Shown here: positions 22,092 to 33,625 of the stretch, piece by piece
How positions within the stretch are numbered: the first letter of the stretch is position 1
Layout of the letters: every line of letters begins with the position of its first letter
NCBI RefSeq assembly: GCF_016433145.1
Contig: NC_058135.1
Coordinates: forward strand, 57,300,730-57,364,606
Reading direction: 5' to 3'
From: Gracilinanus agilis
Lineage: Eukaryota
DNA length: 63,877 nucleotides
Made by a program: the position numbers and the translations under genes
Notes under the pieces: model-generated
The model's input: the letters and a program-made list of their open reading frames with translations, nothing else
Told to the model about the DNA's origin: nothing
The model's database searches: none

Positions 22092-23745
22092 CTGAGGTCA
22101 CAGAAGAAAGGAGCCCATCAATTATGAAACAAGACTTACCAACCATCAACAACAATTAGAGGAGGGCAGGATTAAAAGAATGGGTTCTGAGGTTTCCCCA
22201 CCCCCACGTCAATCTCTCCAGTTATATTTAACTGGTTCCCCACCCCCAAAGTCCTTACCAAAAAAACCTCCTCCCACATACACCCCAGTATAAAACCATA
22301 GGCATCAGTTAACACAGAGATTGAGAGGCAAGTCTTCTCTGTTAGAAAAAATGTAGCTAGTCAGTGAATTTCATCTCAAAAGTTTGTAGACTGTAAGGAA
22401 ATGGAAATAAGAAACGAACAAAAATTGGATAAATCAATCTCAACGACCAGACATTTTCTTAACACACACATACACACACAAACCACCATACATCCCCATA
22501 TTCATTCAAGAAACAAAAGATTGTTTATTTTCCCTTTTATCCTCCCTTCAGATCCCATCTCCTTTCCTCCCTCCCTCTGCCTTTCCCATGTCTAACATTA
22601 CACTGCCTTGCATACTTAGTTCACATCCCCTCTTCTAACTGCCCCTGATGGGACTCACCACAGGATTAATGCCCCCTAAGTAGCTAAGTTCAGAAGGAAT
22701 AATTGATCCAAGTTTGAAAGTGTAAGCACAATCAATTAAATTCAAACAGAATTATTGACCCAGAGATTTAATGCTTAAAAAAAAAAAAAAAAAAAAGACA
22801 ACTGCCATTTCCAAAGCTGTTGACCTTAATAGCAACTAGGATGACAATCCATAGTTAAAAAGAGAAGAGAGAATTCTTAGTATATTGGGTTGGGGCAGGG
22901 AAGAAGGAGGGAAGCAAACACAGACTGGAGTTTTATCAGAGATCCCAAAAGAAGGAACAGTCCACTCCAAGAGGAGGAGAGAAAAAAAAAAAGATGAGGG
23001 TTCCAAAGATAACCAAAAAAGCAATTCTGTGTGTGTTTTTTCTTCCCTTCCCCCCCCCCCCAAAGTATATTTCCTTTGCCTCTAAAGTTCTGGTTAAATA
23101 ACAATAATACTTTTTAAAAAACCTTTAAAGATGAAAAATAATGTGAAAAAGATATAAACATTACATTTTCGAGAAAAGAAAGTCCTAAATAACTCTTTTT
23201 GATTAACAGTGAAGTTCAGTGTACATACTATCTTCTCCAAATTCAAGAGCTGTTTTCTTATTTTGAATTTCTATGTAAGATCTGTTCTGCTACTAGCTGA
23301 CAGCTCTTTCTTCCCAGTTTGACACAATTACTTCAGCAAGAAAAAAAAAAGAACATTATGTGTTCACCTTTGGTGCTAGAAATTACAAGTTTATTCATAA
23401 AAAAATTTAAAAAAACCTAAAAAATGTTTTCTCTAAGAGCTGTCCATCTATGTGCAGTCATTCCAAATGCCCAAAGCAACACACTACATCCATCCAACTA
23501 AGAGCTTCAAAGCAAAAATGCTAGATGTTCATTTTCTACAGATATTAGAAAACAGATTCAACCTGTTTCAAAGTCTACATTTTTTTTAATCTTTTAAATT
23601 GAAGTGAAATGAATTGACCATCTTCCTCGCAAAGTGAAATTTTCTTTACTCCATGGTACTATTCATAAAGTTAACATGAATAAATGAAAAGGGAAAGATA
23701 TGAAAGTGGGGATATTCTACTTCCAAGTTGTCAAAGGGTTCTTAC

Positions 23746-23836
23746 CAGCCAAGAGGTGGGGTGATCTGTCCTACACCACTTGGAGACAGGGGATAAAAGG
23801 TGGGGATGTCAGGAGCTGGAGGATGTCTGGACATGC
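23746..23836 (-). CDS. LEF1: LEF1 exon 5 (G)MSRHPPAPDIPTFYPLSPSGVGQITPPLG(W), 91 nt
   Basis: ttcttaacag|GCATGTCC...CTTGGCTG|gtaaga. Confidence 0.98.
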
Positions 23837-25134
23837 CTGTTAAGAAGAACAGAGAAGTACATTTTTAGATTCAACAGGCCACTGGAAGAAGAGATGAATG
23901 GAAAAAAGAAAAAAAGATGCCTTATGCTTTAATCAAGAGACAGAATCAAATTGTTTTTACTCTATATATTTGGAAGAAGCTGTAAAAGACTAAATAAACA
24001 CGAACTACTACTATTACTGTTACTAGTATTATATATTATTATCCTCACTTCAAAGGGAATTGAATTCTAAGAAACAAAAACTTCATCTCGACAAATGCAT
24101 AATAGATTTCAGTATTTCAGTTATAATATTTGCTTTTTTGAGGAATCGTGAAAGCCCGTGTGAGCCATTAACTCAATCTCTTCAAATCTGATTTTAGAAA
24201 GTTAATATTCATTCTCCTTTATTTCCTTTCAGCTATGAAAAGGTTCTTCCGAAGCGCATCATAGAACAAATAGGCGAATGATGACGCAGGCAAAGTAAAT
24301 AGCCTTCCATGGAATTACTGTCTGGTTGGGCAGGCGCCCACTTTTTCCCATTTTTAACTGGCTCCCTTATGGACGTGATTCAGAGCTTTGGCTTCCAGAG
24401 GATCAGTGTTTAATTAGAAATCATCTTCGGCCTCACAATGGTCACACGATATAATTCATTGGGTTTCTGGCAGCCACTTCATCTTCAGCCAAACTCTGCC
24501 CAGCAAGTTGAGACCTCTGAGTTGCAAGGTCACCCTATCCCACGTGAGTTGTATTTCATAGAAGGGCAACGTGCCACTAGGGATGTTCATCTTCCCAGCC
24601 AGAGAGCACCCTTTAGCTCTGAGAAGGACCTCAAGATTAGACCTAATCCCAGTCCTTTGCCCATGCTTTCCCTAAGAATGTCTGTGAGAGCCAAAGGAGT
24701 AAGGGAGAGAGCCCCATGAGTAAGCATATAAAAAGCTGACATTTAATATGTTTGGGGAAGTAGGACTTAGGACAGGAAAAGCTATTAAGACTTCTTAACA
24801 CATTAAATCAACTCCTTTTAAAGGGATATTTAAATATTTACATTCACATTCCAGAGGTGTGAAAACCTAAGAGGGGAATGCACACAGAGAGCCTGAAACT
24901 GCCCTTAGTGAATGGATGGCCAGTATGTGTGCGGTGCAGGTAGACTGAGTCTGTACCATGGATTCGTGTAACATTGGCTTTTCACGCAAAATTCCAATGG
25001 GCTCCATCTGGATCTTGGGCGATACCATCAAAAAGTTTGACGTTCAAAGTGGAATTTTCCAAGAAGGGAATGTCAGTGTTGCTTATTCAGATTTGACAGA
25101 TACACAGATTTAGCATTTATACACTGCTAAAATA

Positions 25135-25365
25135 GAGCGGCAAGGTGGCCCAGTGGATAGAGCTTGGAATCAGAAAGACTCATCTTCCTGGGTTCAAACC
25201 TGGTCTCAGATGCATAATAACTGTGTGACCCTGGGCCAATCACTTAACTTTGTCTCCATTTCCTCATCCATAAAATGAGCTGGGGAAGGACATGGCAAAC
25301 TACTCAGATCTTTGCCAAGAAGACCCCAAATGGATTCACAAAGAGCCAGACACAACCGAAACACC
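25135..25365 (+). mobile_element. MAR1-type SINE
   Basis: agagcggcaaggtggcccagtggatagagc...catccataaaatgagctgggg...tttgccaagaagacccc. Confidence 0.82.
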
Positions 25366-25755
25366 GCCACCACTTGTTAGGCACGAGCAACTAACTAGAA
25401 CAGAATAAAGGAATGGATATCCCAAATCTTACTTACTATCCAGATAAGCAAGGCATGGGGGCAGAGAGAAAGGCCCCTTCCTTTCTTTTAATAGATTAAC
25501 TATCACACAAGATAAATTCCTGTTTTTGCTCAGGATGGGGGTGGTATGGCTAGACTGAAGTTCCTGTGAAAACCATGTGGACATTTTAGTAGACCACAAA
25601 AGCTCATTCATTATGAGTCAACGGTAAGTCATTGGCCTACTTGCTGTTCCTCCTACAGAAGTCTCCCATCTTCAGATTCTGACAGAGGCTTTGAATCCAT
25701 GGCCCTCCTGTGCCTTGAGTGTGTTCCTTTCTCCTTTCTGCCTCTCTAAATTCTG

Positions 25756-25762
25756 GCGTGCG

Positions 25763-25800
<38 letters not shown>
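25756..25800. repeat. (CG)n(CA)n alternating purine-pyrimidine microsatellite
   Basis: gcgtgcgcgcgcgcgcacacacac..., 45 bp uninterrupted alternation. Confidence 0.95.
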
Positions 25801-25802
<2 letters not shown>

Positions 25803-25808
25803 ATAATA

Positions 25809-25996
25809 TATTTTTTTTTAAACCCTTAACTTCTGTGTATTGGCTCCTTGGTGGAAGAGTGGTAAGGGGTGGGCAATGGGGGTCAAGTGACTTGCCCAGG
25901 GTCACACAGCTGGGAAGTGTCTGAGGCCGGATTTGAACCTAGGACCTCTTATCTCTAGGCCTGACTCTCAATCCACTGAGCCACCCAGCTGCCCCC
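25809..25996 (-). mobile_element. Young SINE1_Mdo copy (short-tail subfamily)
   Basis: tttaaacccttaacttctgtgtattggctcc...gaggccggatttgaacctagg...cccagctgcccc; aatataat occurs on both sides. Confidence 0.92.
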
Positions 25997-26219
25997 CAGA
26001 ATATAATCTTGAGAGAAGGTAGTTTCACTTTTGCCTTTGTGTCTACACCTGTATATGGACGGTGCTTAATAAATGCACACTGATTGATAGAGGGTGGCCC
26101 CAAAGCTCATGCAATCTAAAGCTTTCTTAAGGGCAGGAATGGATAACATTTAGAGCAAGAGAAGTCGTCAACTTATTAGAGTCTGTTCTTGTCTGACCAC
26201 AGAATTGCTAGCATTTATA

Positions 26220-26465
26220 AGGGCAGCCAGGTAGACTACCAGGCTTGGAGTCAGGAAGACTCATCTTCCTGAGTTCAAATCTGGCATCAGACACAAACTA
26301 GCTGTGTGACTCTGGGCAAGACACTCAACCCTGCTTGCCTTAGTTTCTTCATTTATAAAATGAGCTGGAGAAGGAAATGGCAATTTCCTTAGCATTTTTG
26401 CTAAGAAAACTCCGAATAGGGTCACAAAGAGTCCGAAACAACTGTAAAATGACTGAACAGCAAAA
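26220..26465 (+). mobile_element. MAR1-type SINE
   Basis: gggcagccaggtag...ggagtcaggaagactcatcttcctgagttcaaat...aaatgagctggagaaggaaatggc. Confidence 0.85.
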
Positions 26466-26829
26466 GCATTTATAAGGCACTTTAAAGTTTACAAAACCCT
26501 TTGTAATTAATTCATCTGGTCCTAAAAATGAAACTCTGAGGGAGGTGTTATTCTTCTCCCTATTTTACAGTTGAGGAAATGGAGGCAGACAGAGGTTGTG
26601 TGACTTGCTGACAAAATCAGGACACAAAAAAAGTCTTTCGTGTTTAAGGCAGGATTTGAATTCTTCCTGACTCCCAGGTCCAATGCTCTCTCTGTGCACC
26701 TCTTTGCTATGCTTGGAGCATTGTATTTCATTCTAATTCCACATTTTGAGGAGTAGTTAACTAGACTTGATCCTGAGGAGGGCGGACATGCTGGTCGGAA
26801 GGTGAGTTGAAGGACTTGTGCATGGCACA

Positions 26830-27110
26830 CTCAGCATGGCAAAGAGGAGACTGAAGGGGAAACTTATAATTGTCTGCAAATATTTGAAAGGCTATCAAGT
26901 GGAAGAAAGATTAGACTTGTTTTTCTTGACCCTAGAGGGAAGAGATAAGAACAATGGGTGAATTTGAAGAGAGCCAGATTTTATCTTGATGTGAGGAAAG
27001 TCTGCCAAAGGATAAGAGCTGTCCAAAAGTGTAATGGGCTGCCTTGGGAGGTATGGGACTCCCCTTCACCAGAGGGGACCATTTCTCAAGGATATTGGAG
27101 ACTCGGGATT
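26830..27110 (+). mobile_element. L3/CR1 LINE 3' fragment
   Basis: gaggagactgaagggg...tgtctgcaaatatttgaaaggct...agacttgttt...gatgtgaggaa...agctgtccaaaagtgtaatgggctgccttgggaggt...tccccttcacc. Confidence 0.8.
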
Positions 27111-28279
27111 CTTAACTTTTTTTTCTTTTTAAATCATGAACCCATTTTTCAATCTGGTAAAGTCTTATCAGTCCCTTCTCAGAATAAATGGCTTTAAATG
27201 CCTAAAGTGAAATAGATAGGGTTACAATGGAAAGCAGTTCTGTTGGAATGAAGATGCCATCTTTTCCTCTCACCCAGCTTCAAAATGTTTAAAACAGGAT
27301 TTGTGTATGTCCACCTCCAGAGAAAGAACTGACAAAGAGGAACAAGGAAGACGCAAGGATCAACTGGGGTAATATTTTTAAAGAGCTTAGCCAAGTGCCC
27401 AGCACACAGTAGGTACTTGTTTCTTTCCTTTGATCAGACTGATCTGGAATTATATGAGCTGAAAACAACTATGACATCATGGGCTTTTCAGAGTTATGGC
27501 TATAGAAGGGGGGTGGGGAGGATACCAGAGTGGGGCTCAGATCAGTTTCCAGAGGAAATGGGTAGTGTAGATTGACAACTGAATCTGGTATTCAAGATGA
27601 AACACTTAGTTCTTGGTTCTAAGCACGAGTGGTGTCACAACTCCTGCCTTTGAACACCAAAGATCCTTTCAACAGTAGCCAATGTTTGGGTCTACAAAAT
27701 AAGGACACAAAAGAAGAAAAATTGTAACATTTCAAAGCTTGTAGAGATCCATGGTTTTGTCAGTGTGGCTCCTTCCTCCACTGACATAGGTTGAAAGCCC
27801 TTCATACTTTAATAGAGCATCTTTAGAAGTTTCTAGAGTCAAAAAGAAGAAGCATCAATTGGTGGCCAGACTTCCAGAAATAAAGCTCTGTGGACTTCTC
27901 TAGATTGGTCCCCAGATCACAGCTAAACAGCCGGTGCTTCATTACCCTCACCTTTGAGAATCCAAGATCACCTTTAAGGGTTTTAGGATTTAGCAACAAC
28001 AATGTCAAATCAACACTAATTGAAAACAGAAGTATCGTGGTTTTTTTTTTTTTTTTCCTGAACCTGGACTGTCCAATCCAGATAGGAAAGTAATTGTCTA
28101 GTGAGAATGAGTCTCATTTGTCACTGTAGATGGCATACTGGTGACATCTAACCTATCAGGTTTAAAGTCTGTGAAACTGATGGGTCTTTTAGGTATTTTT
28201 AAGGTGGCCCTCAGTACGTCCCCACTTCTGTCCCTATAAAAGACTCCCCTCCAAGTCTACTGCCCATTTCACACACTTT

Positions 28280-28650
28280 TGCCTTCACACACTTTCAAAT
28301 GCAGCCAGACTGATCTTTGGCTCATATACGACATTCCCATCTCCTGCTGTACAGCCTGAACTGTCCCATGTCTGAAATGCCCTCCCTCCTCACATCTGCC
28401 TAGAAGAATCCCTGGGCCCTCTTTCAAAGCTCAGCTCCAGGATTATCCTGGGGAAGGTCTTTTCTGAGCCCTCAAGTCGGTAGTGCCACCCTTGCCACCA
28501 AAATTCCTCCACAACTGTTTTGCACTTTCTTTTAGGGCCAACATTGTTTTTCTCTTAATAGACTATAAGATCCTTGAAGGAAGGGGTTGTTTCATTTTTG
28601 CCTTGGGTAGGCCCTAGCACAGGGCTAGGCCCAGAATATGAAAAAATGAA
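28280..28650 (+). mobile_element. L2 LINE 3' end
   Basis: ctttcaaagctcagctc...tagactataagatccttgaaggaaggggttgt...cctagcacagggc...aatgaatgaa. Confidence 0.72.
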
Positions 28651-28734
28651 TGAAAAAGCATTTGTTAAGAGCCTACTAAGTGCAAAGCATGATACTAAGC
28701 ACTAGAGAAATGAGAAGCTCACATTCTTTTTTCT

Positions 28735-28933
28735 TTCTTCAAACTATCCCCTTCTATCTCAAGATAAATACTAAGGATTAGTTCCTAGGCAGAATAGCAG
28801 TAAGGTTGAGGCAGTCGGGAGTTAAGTGACTTGCCCAGGGTTGCACAGGTAGGAAGTGTCAGGGGTCAGATTTGATCCCAGAACCTCCCATCTCTGAGCC
28901 TGGCTCTCTATCCACTGATCCACCTAGCTGTCC
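28735..28933 (-). mobile_element. SINE1_Mdo-type SINE
   Basis: ggcagaatagcagtaagg...gttaagtgacttgcccaggg...ccacctagctgtccc. Confidence 0.82.
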
Positions 28934-28959
28934 CAATCATTGACAATCTTATTCTATAA

Positions 28960-29157
28960 GAGAAGTTCTTAACCCTTTTTTTCTTCAGTGTCACGGTCCT
29001 TATAGGCATCCTGGAGAAGCTTGGAGACTTTTAGTATAATGTTTATAAATGAATAAAATAAAACATATAAAATTACAAAGGAAACTAATTATACAGAGAC
29101 ATAGTTATCAAAAATAATTAAAAACCAAGTTCACGGACTCCACGTTAAGAAACATTC
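28960..29157. mobile_element. hAT/Charlie MITE (Charlie4a-like), about 198 bp
   Basis: Ends ...gttcttaaccc and ...gttaagaaac...; 8-bp flanks ttctataa / ttctagag; internal gcatcctggagaagc...aaattacaaaggaaactaattat. Confidence 0.7.
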
Positions 29158-29344
29158 TTCTAGAGGATATCTGTGCCTAAACTAGAAAACTGTGCAAACT
29201 GCTGTGTCAAATACAATTTGAAATCTTCTCGAAGAGTTTCCATTGTTAAAGATCCATATCTTTATTAAAGATCCAAAATACCAAGTTTGTTACACTACTC
29301 TAACCATCACAACTAAGAAGTGCCTGATAAAGAAAGGGCATTCT

Positions 29345-29585
29345 AATGAGCAGCTAGGTGGTGCAATGGTTAGAGGGCCAATCCTGGAGTCAGGAAGATT
29401 CCTTTTCGGGGGGGCCAATCTGGACTCAGACACTAGCTGTGTGACCCTGGGTAAGTCACTAAAACCTGTTTCTTTCTTCATCTGTAAAATGAGCTGGAGA
29501 AGGAAATGACAAACCATTCCAATATCTCTGCCAAATGTGGTAATGAAAAGCTGGACACAATTGAAAAATGACTGAATAACATTCC
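29345..29585 (+). mobile_element. MAR1-type SINE
   Basis: gagcagctaggtggtgcaatgg...catctgtaaaatgagctggagaaggaaatg...aatgactgaataac. Confidence 0.85.
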
Positions 29586-29899
29586 AATGAGAGACAAATG
29601 GCATAGGCAAGGGGGAGGGTGGGAGAAAACACATTGACTTATCTATGGCACTAACAAGCATAAAGGCATTACATAAACTTATCTCTGAGGAGCCTTGCAG
29701 ATTCTAGTTCTGTGCTTCTAAGAGTAGCTTGTATCTTCAACTGAATAAGCCTTTCCTCAATTCTAGATTTTTTTTTCTGGAGGGATTAAGCAAAGGTCTC
29801 CAAGAAGGAGAACCAAATCAAGGCTTCAGTCCTCATTTTAGAGCAAGGGAAGCTATTAATTCTCTTCAGAAAAAGAGCTGGAGGTCTTAGGGACTATGG

Positions 29900-30780
29900 C
29901 AATAACAAAATGGAACTCATCATCTTTCCCCCTTAAATGAAATTGTGCCTCTCCTTTCAGCCATCCAGGATCAAAACTTGAGTCATCATCGTTCTCACTC
30001 AAACCCCTTCCTTCCAGTGTGATCCAGTATAAGTCTTTAATTAATATCTTTTGGCTTCAGTTCTCTCCTCTGTAAAATGAGGGTCTTAGACTAGAGAGCC
30101 TTTAAGTTCTCTTCTAGTTCTACAAACTTTCCCTCCTCTAACTCCTAACATCTCTCTCTCTCTCTTTTTAAACCCTTACCTTCTGCTTTGAAATCAACAC
30201 TGTGCATTGGTTCCAAGGCAGAAGAGTGGTAAGGGTGGGCAATAGGGGTCAAGTGACTTGCCCAGGGTCACACAGCTGGGAAGTGTCTCAGGCCAGATTT
30301 GAACCTAGAACCTCCCATCTCTAGGCCTGGCTCTCAATCCACTGAGCTACCCAGCTGCCCCCTCCTAACATCTCTTGAACCACTTCCCCTACTCACTTTG
30401 GCTTATAATCTTAATTTGGACTGTATCACCTCTAACTCAGACTACTGGAATAGCCTCCTAATGATTCTTTCTGCTCCTGTCTTCCCTCTCTGCAATCTCT
30501 TCTTCATTCATCGATCATAACAATATTCCTAATAAATAGTTATGACCAATTCATTTCCCAGCCCAAAAATCTTCAATGGTTTCCTGTTGCCTAAAGGTTA
30601 AAATACAATCGCCTTCACCCAGCATTTAAAATCTTCCAAAATTTAGTTCTGGTTTATCTTTACATTTTTTTCACACTATTTTCCTTCTCATACTCTACAA
30701 TCTGGACAAACTGGATATTCGTCAACCTTGTCCTGAACTTTCCCAGCTCTATGAATTTGTATGGGTTACCTACCATACCT
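29900..30780 (+). mobile_element. L2 LINE fragment interrupted by MIR and SINE1
   Basis: aaaatggaactcatcatctttccc...tactggaatagcctcctaat...ttcctgttgcctaaagg...ttcacccagcatttaaa. Confidence 0.7.
30165..30362 (-). mobile_element. Young SINE1_Mdo copy (long tail) with 14-bp TSD
   Basis: TSD ctcctaacatctct on both sides; near-consensus body. Confidence 0.92.
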
Positions 30781-30789
30781 CTAGGTAGC

Positions 30790-31020
30790 CTAAGTGATGT
30801 AGTAGATAGAGCACAAGGCTAGATTCAGTAGGACCTGAGTTTAAATTTTGTCTCAGACACTTAGTAGATGTGTGACCCTGGAAAAGTTGCTTAAATCTCT
30901 TTGCCTCAGTTTCCTCATCCGTGAAATGAACGGGAGAAAGAAATGGCAAACAGCTCCCATGTCACTAACAAGAAAATTCCAATTGGGGCCACAAAGAGTT
31001 GAATACAACTGAACAATAAA
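30790..31020 (+). mobile_element. MAR1-type SINE
   Basis: gtagtagatagagcac...cagtttcctcatccgtgaaatgaac...aaatggcaaac...caactgaacaa. Confidence 0.8.
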
Positions 31021-31309
31021 CCTGCTACACCTAGAGGGTGCCCTCTTTTGAGTTTCTTCTGTAGGAGACATTCTCTTCGTTCAAGGTCCAGCTGAAGCTC
31101 CACCCCCTTCAGAACACTCAATGTGTTCTTTCCCTCCTTAAAGGTTTCCATCATACTATTCCTTATGCATTCCATTCATCTGTGCACAAATGGAATCATA
31201 TGTGATGCAGGGTACACAAGGACAAGGTTAGACAAGGAACATGGTGCTTTCATTTTGTAATCCCACAGACCTTTGTACACAGTAGCTGCTAAATAGACAG
31301 ACTATCCCC

Positions 31310-33370
31310 AATGGCTATTGGCCTATGTCTTTCCTCCTCTTCTCAGCTAAATTCCTTGAAAAAAGCTATCTTCAGTAGGTACTTCCACTTCCTCTCCACT
31401 TCCAAACTCAGTAATCTGGCTTCCAAACTCATCATTCAAATGAGACACCCATCTCCAAGATGATCAGTTATCTCTTGATTTCTAAACTTCTTACCTCTCC
31501 CATCTTCTCATTCTTTACTCCCTGTATTCAGTGATCCAAATGTCTCTTTGCTATCTGCCATACAAGACACTCCGTCTCTTGACTCTGGACATTTTCTCTG
31601 GTTCTCCCATGTTCCTAGAAAGCCTTCCTTTCTTATCTCTGTCTCCTGGCTTCCCTTAAATCTCATCTAAAACTCTGAGTTCAGCAAGAAGTCTTCCCCA
31701 GGTCCTTTAAGTGCTAGTGCCTTCCCTCTGAGGTTATTTCCAATTTATCCTTCTATAATTTGTTTGTACACAGATGTTTACTGTCTCCTCCATTAAGACT
31801 GTGAGTTCCTTTAGGGTGGTGATGGCAAACCTATGACATGTGTGTCAGTACTGAAACGCGTAGCCATTTTTGATGACACGGAGCCGCATGCCAAAGATGA
31901 AACCTTTGCTGTAGTGTAGTGTAGACGCTCTGTGCACTATAGATGGCAATTCTACCAATATTAATTTACCTATTTGGTTTATTAAATACAGTTATATATT
32001 ACAATGATACATTTTTGTTATTTAAACTATAAATATCGTGAAATTATGGTTTTTTTCTCGAAGTGACACACCAACCGAGTTATGCTCAGCTTTTTGGTGA
32101 ATTTTGACACACCAAACTCAAAAGGTTGCCCATCACTGTTTAAGGGCAAGGACCGCCTTTTGCCTTTCTTTGTATCCCCAGCAGTCTGCGGAGTGGGGGT
32201 GTTTAAAAAAATGCTTGCTAACTTGACTTGAAATCTAACAATCTTTTCTCGAGGTTATTAGTTCTTTCTTGAACTCCTTTTCCTCTTGGATATTTTCTTC
32301 TCTCTAGGTTTTCCTGACATTGTTCTCTCTTGTTTCTCTGTCTACCACCTTGTCGATCTTTTTTCCTGGATCTTCATCCATGTCATGCCCATTAATTGTG
32401 GATGTCCCCCACAAAGCTCTTTCCTGGGCAACTCCCATAGGCTCAATGACCATCTCTATGCAAATGATTCACAAATCTCCATATCTGTCCCTAATATATC
32501 TCCTGAGCACCAATCTTTTATGGCCAGCTAGCTGTCTTTTGAACATCTTGAACTGGGAGCCTCAGAGTCACCTCAAACTCAAAATGTCCAAATCAAACCA
32601 AGTTAGCTTTTCTTCAAAACCCGATCTCTTTCCAATTTCCCTTTTACTTTTACCATTCTCTCAGTCACCTAGAATCTGGAATGTTTGGGTCATCCTCAAC
32701 TCTCTGACTTTACACACATTTCTAATCTGTGGCTCATCTAGTTATTTCTACTTTCCCAACATCCCTCATGCACATTCTTTCTTCTCTTCACTTACAGGGT
32801 CACTATCCTAGCACAATAAAAAATGTAAGAGTTCTTCCTTGGGTGATTTCATTAGCTTCCTAATTTGTCTTATCTGTTTCAAGTCTTGCCCCACTCCAAT
32901 CTATTTTCCACTAAATTGCCAAAGTAATTTTTACTATTCCCTTCCTCAATAAACTCCAGTGGCTCCCTATTACTCCAGGACGAAATATAAAGTCCAGTCC
33001 TCTTTTTGGCATTTAAAGCTTTTCACACCTGGACCCTTCCTATGTTCCCAGTATTAGACTTTACTCCCCTCCCCAATCTTGTGACATCAGTCTACTTGCT
33101 ATTCCTCAAATGTGACACTCCATCTCTCATCTCCATGCCTTTGCATTCACATGGTCCCAAAGCCTAGAATGTTCTCTTTCCTCACTTTCTGCCTCTTTCT
33201 TGGTTTCCCTTAAGACTCAGGATCAAATTCCACAACTCCTTCAGAAGCCTTTTCTGGGGCTCCCTAATTGTGGTCTCCCCTATTAGAATATGAGCTCCTT
33301 GAATGTCAGGAATGTTTTTGCCATTCTTTATAAATCCACTTCTTGGCAAACCATTCACAGATGCTTGCTG
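31310..33370 (+). mobile_element. Two adjacent L2 LINE fragments, the first interrupted by a hAT MITE
   Basis: ttccttgaaaaagctatct...ctgtctcctccattaagactgtgagttcc[MITE]gggcaaggacc...aaatgcttgctaacttgacttga; then ctctatgcaaatgattcacaaatctcc...ctccagtggctccctatt...tatgagctccttgaatgtcagg. Confidence 0.75.
31817..32138. mobile_element. Non-autonomous hAT element (hAT1 / Myotis_hAT1-like TIRs), 322 bp
   Basis: Left end tggtgatggcaaacctatgacatgtgtgtcag; right end aggttgcccatcactg (reverse complement CAGTGATGGGCAACCT); 8-bp flanks ctttaggg / tttaaggg; inserted in an L2 3' end. Confidence 0.88.
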
Positions 33371-33409
33371 GACCAACAGTCTCAAGAATATGGTTGCCAG
33401 CATCACCAA

Positions 33410-33625
33410 AAGGCTGCATTGACCAGGGGCTGACCAGAGGCAGGAAGACTTGAGTTCAAATCCAGCCTAAGATAGGGTGATCTTAGGCAAGTCACTTAAC
33501 CTAGTTTGCTCAGTTTCCTTATCTATAAAGGAAAAGGAGAAGGAAACAGCAAACCACTCCAGTATCTTTGCCAAGAAAACTCCAAGTGAGATCTGAGAAG
33601 AGTTGGGCATGACTGAATAACAACA
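33410..33625 (+). mobile_element. MAR1-type SINE
   Basis: caggaagacttgagttcaaatccagcct...aaaccactccagtatctttgccaagaaaactcc. Confidence 0.82.

Noticed and set aside
21874-22155. 93-aa ORF across exon 6
   Set aside because: Different frame from the LEF1 exon; no independent coding signal.
19104-23745. LVPQ and SxxSS alternative splice extensions as in TCF7L1/TCF7L2
   Set aside because: The exon 5 donor reads TG|gtaa (in-frame TAA if extended) and there is no second AG shortly upstream of the exon 7 acceptor, as expected for LEF1.
32286-32811. 163-aa and 81-aa plus-strand ORFs
   Set aside because: Lie within decayed L2 ORF2 sequence.
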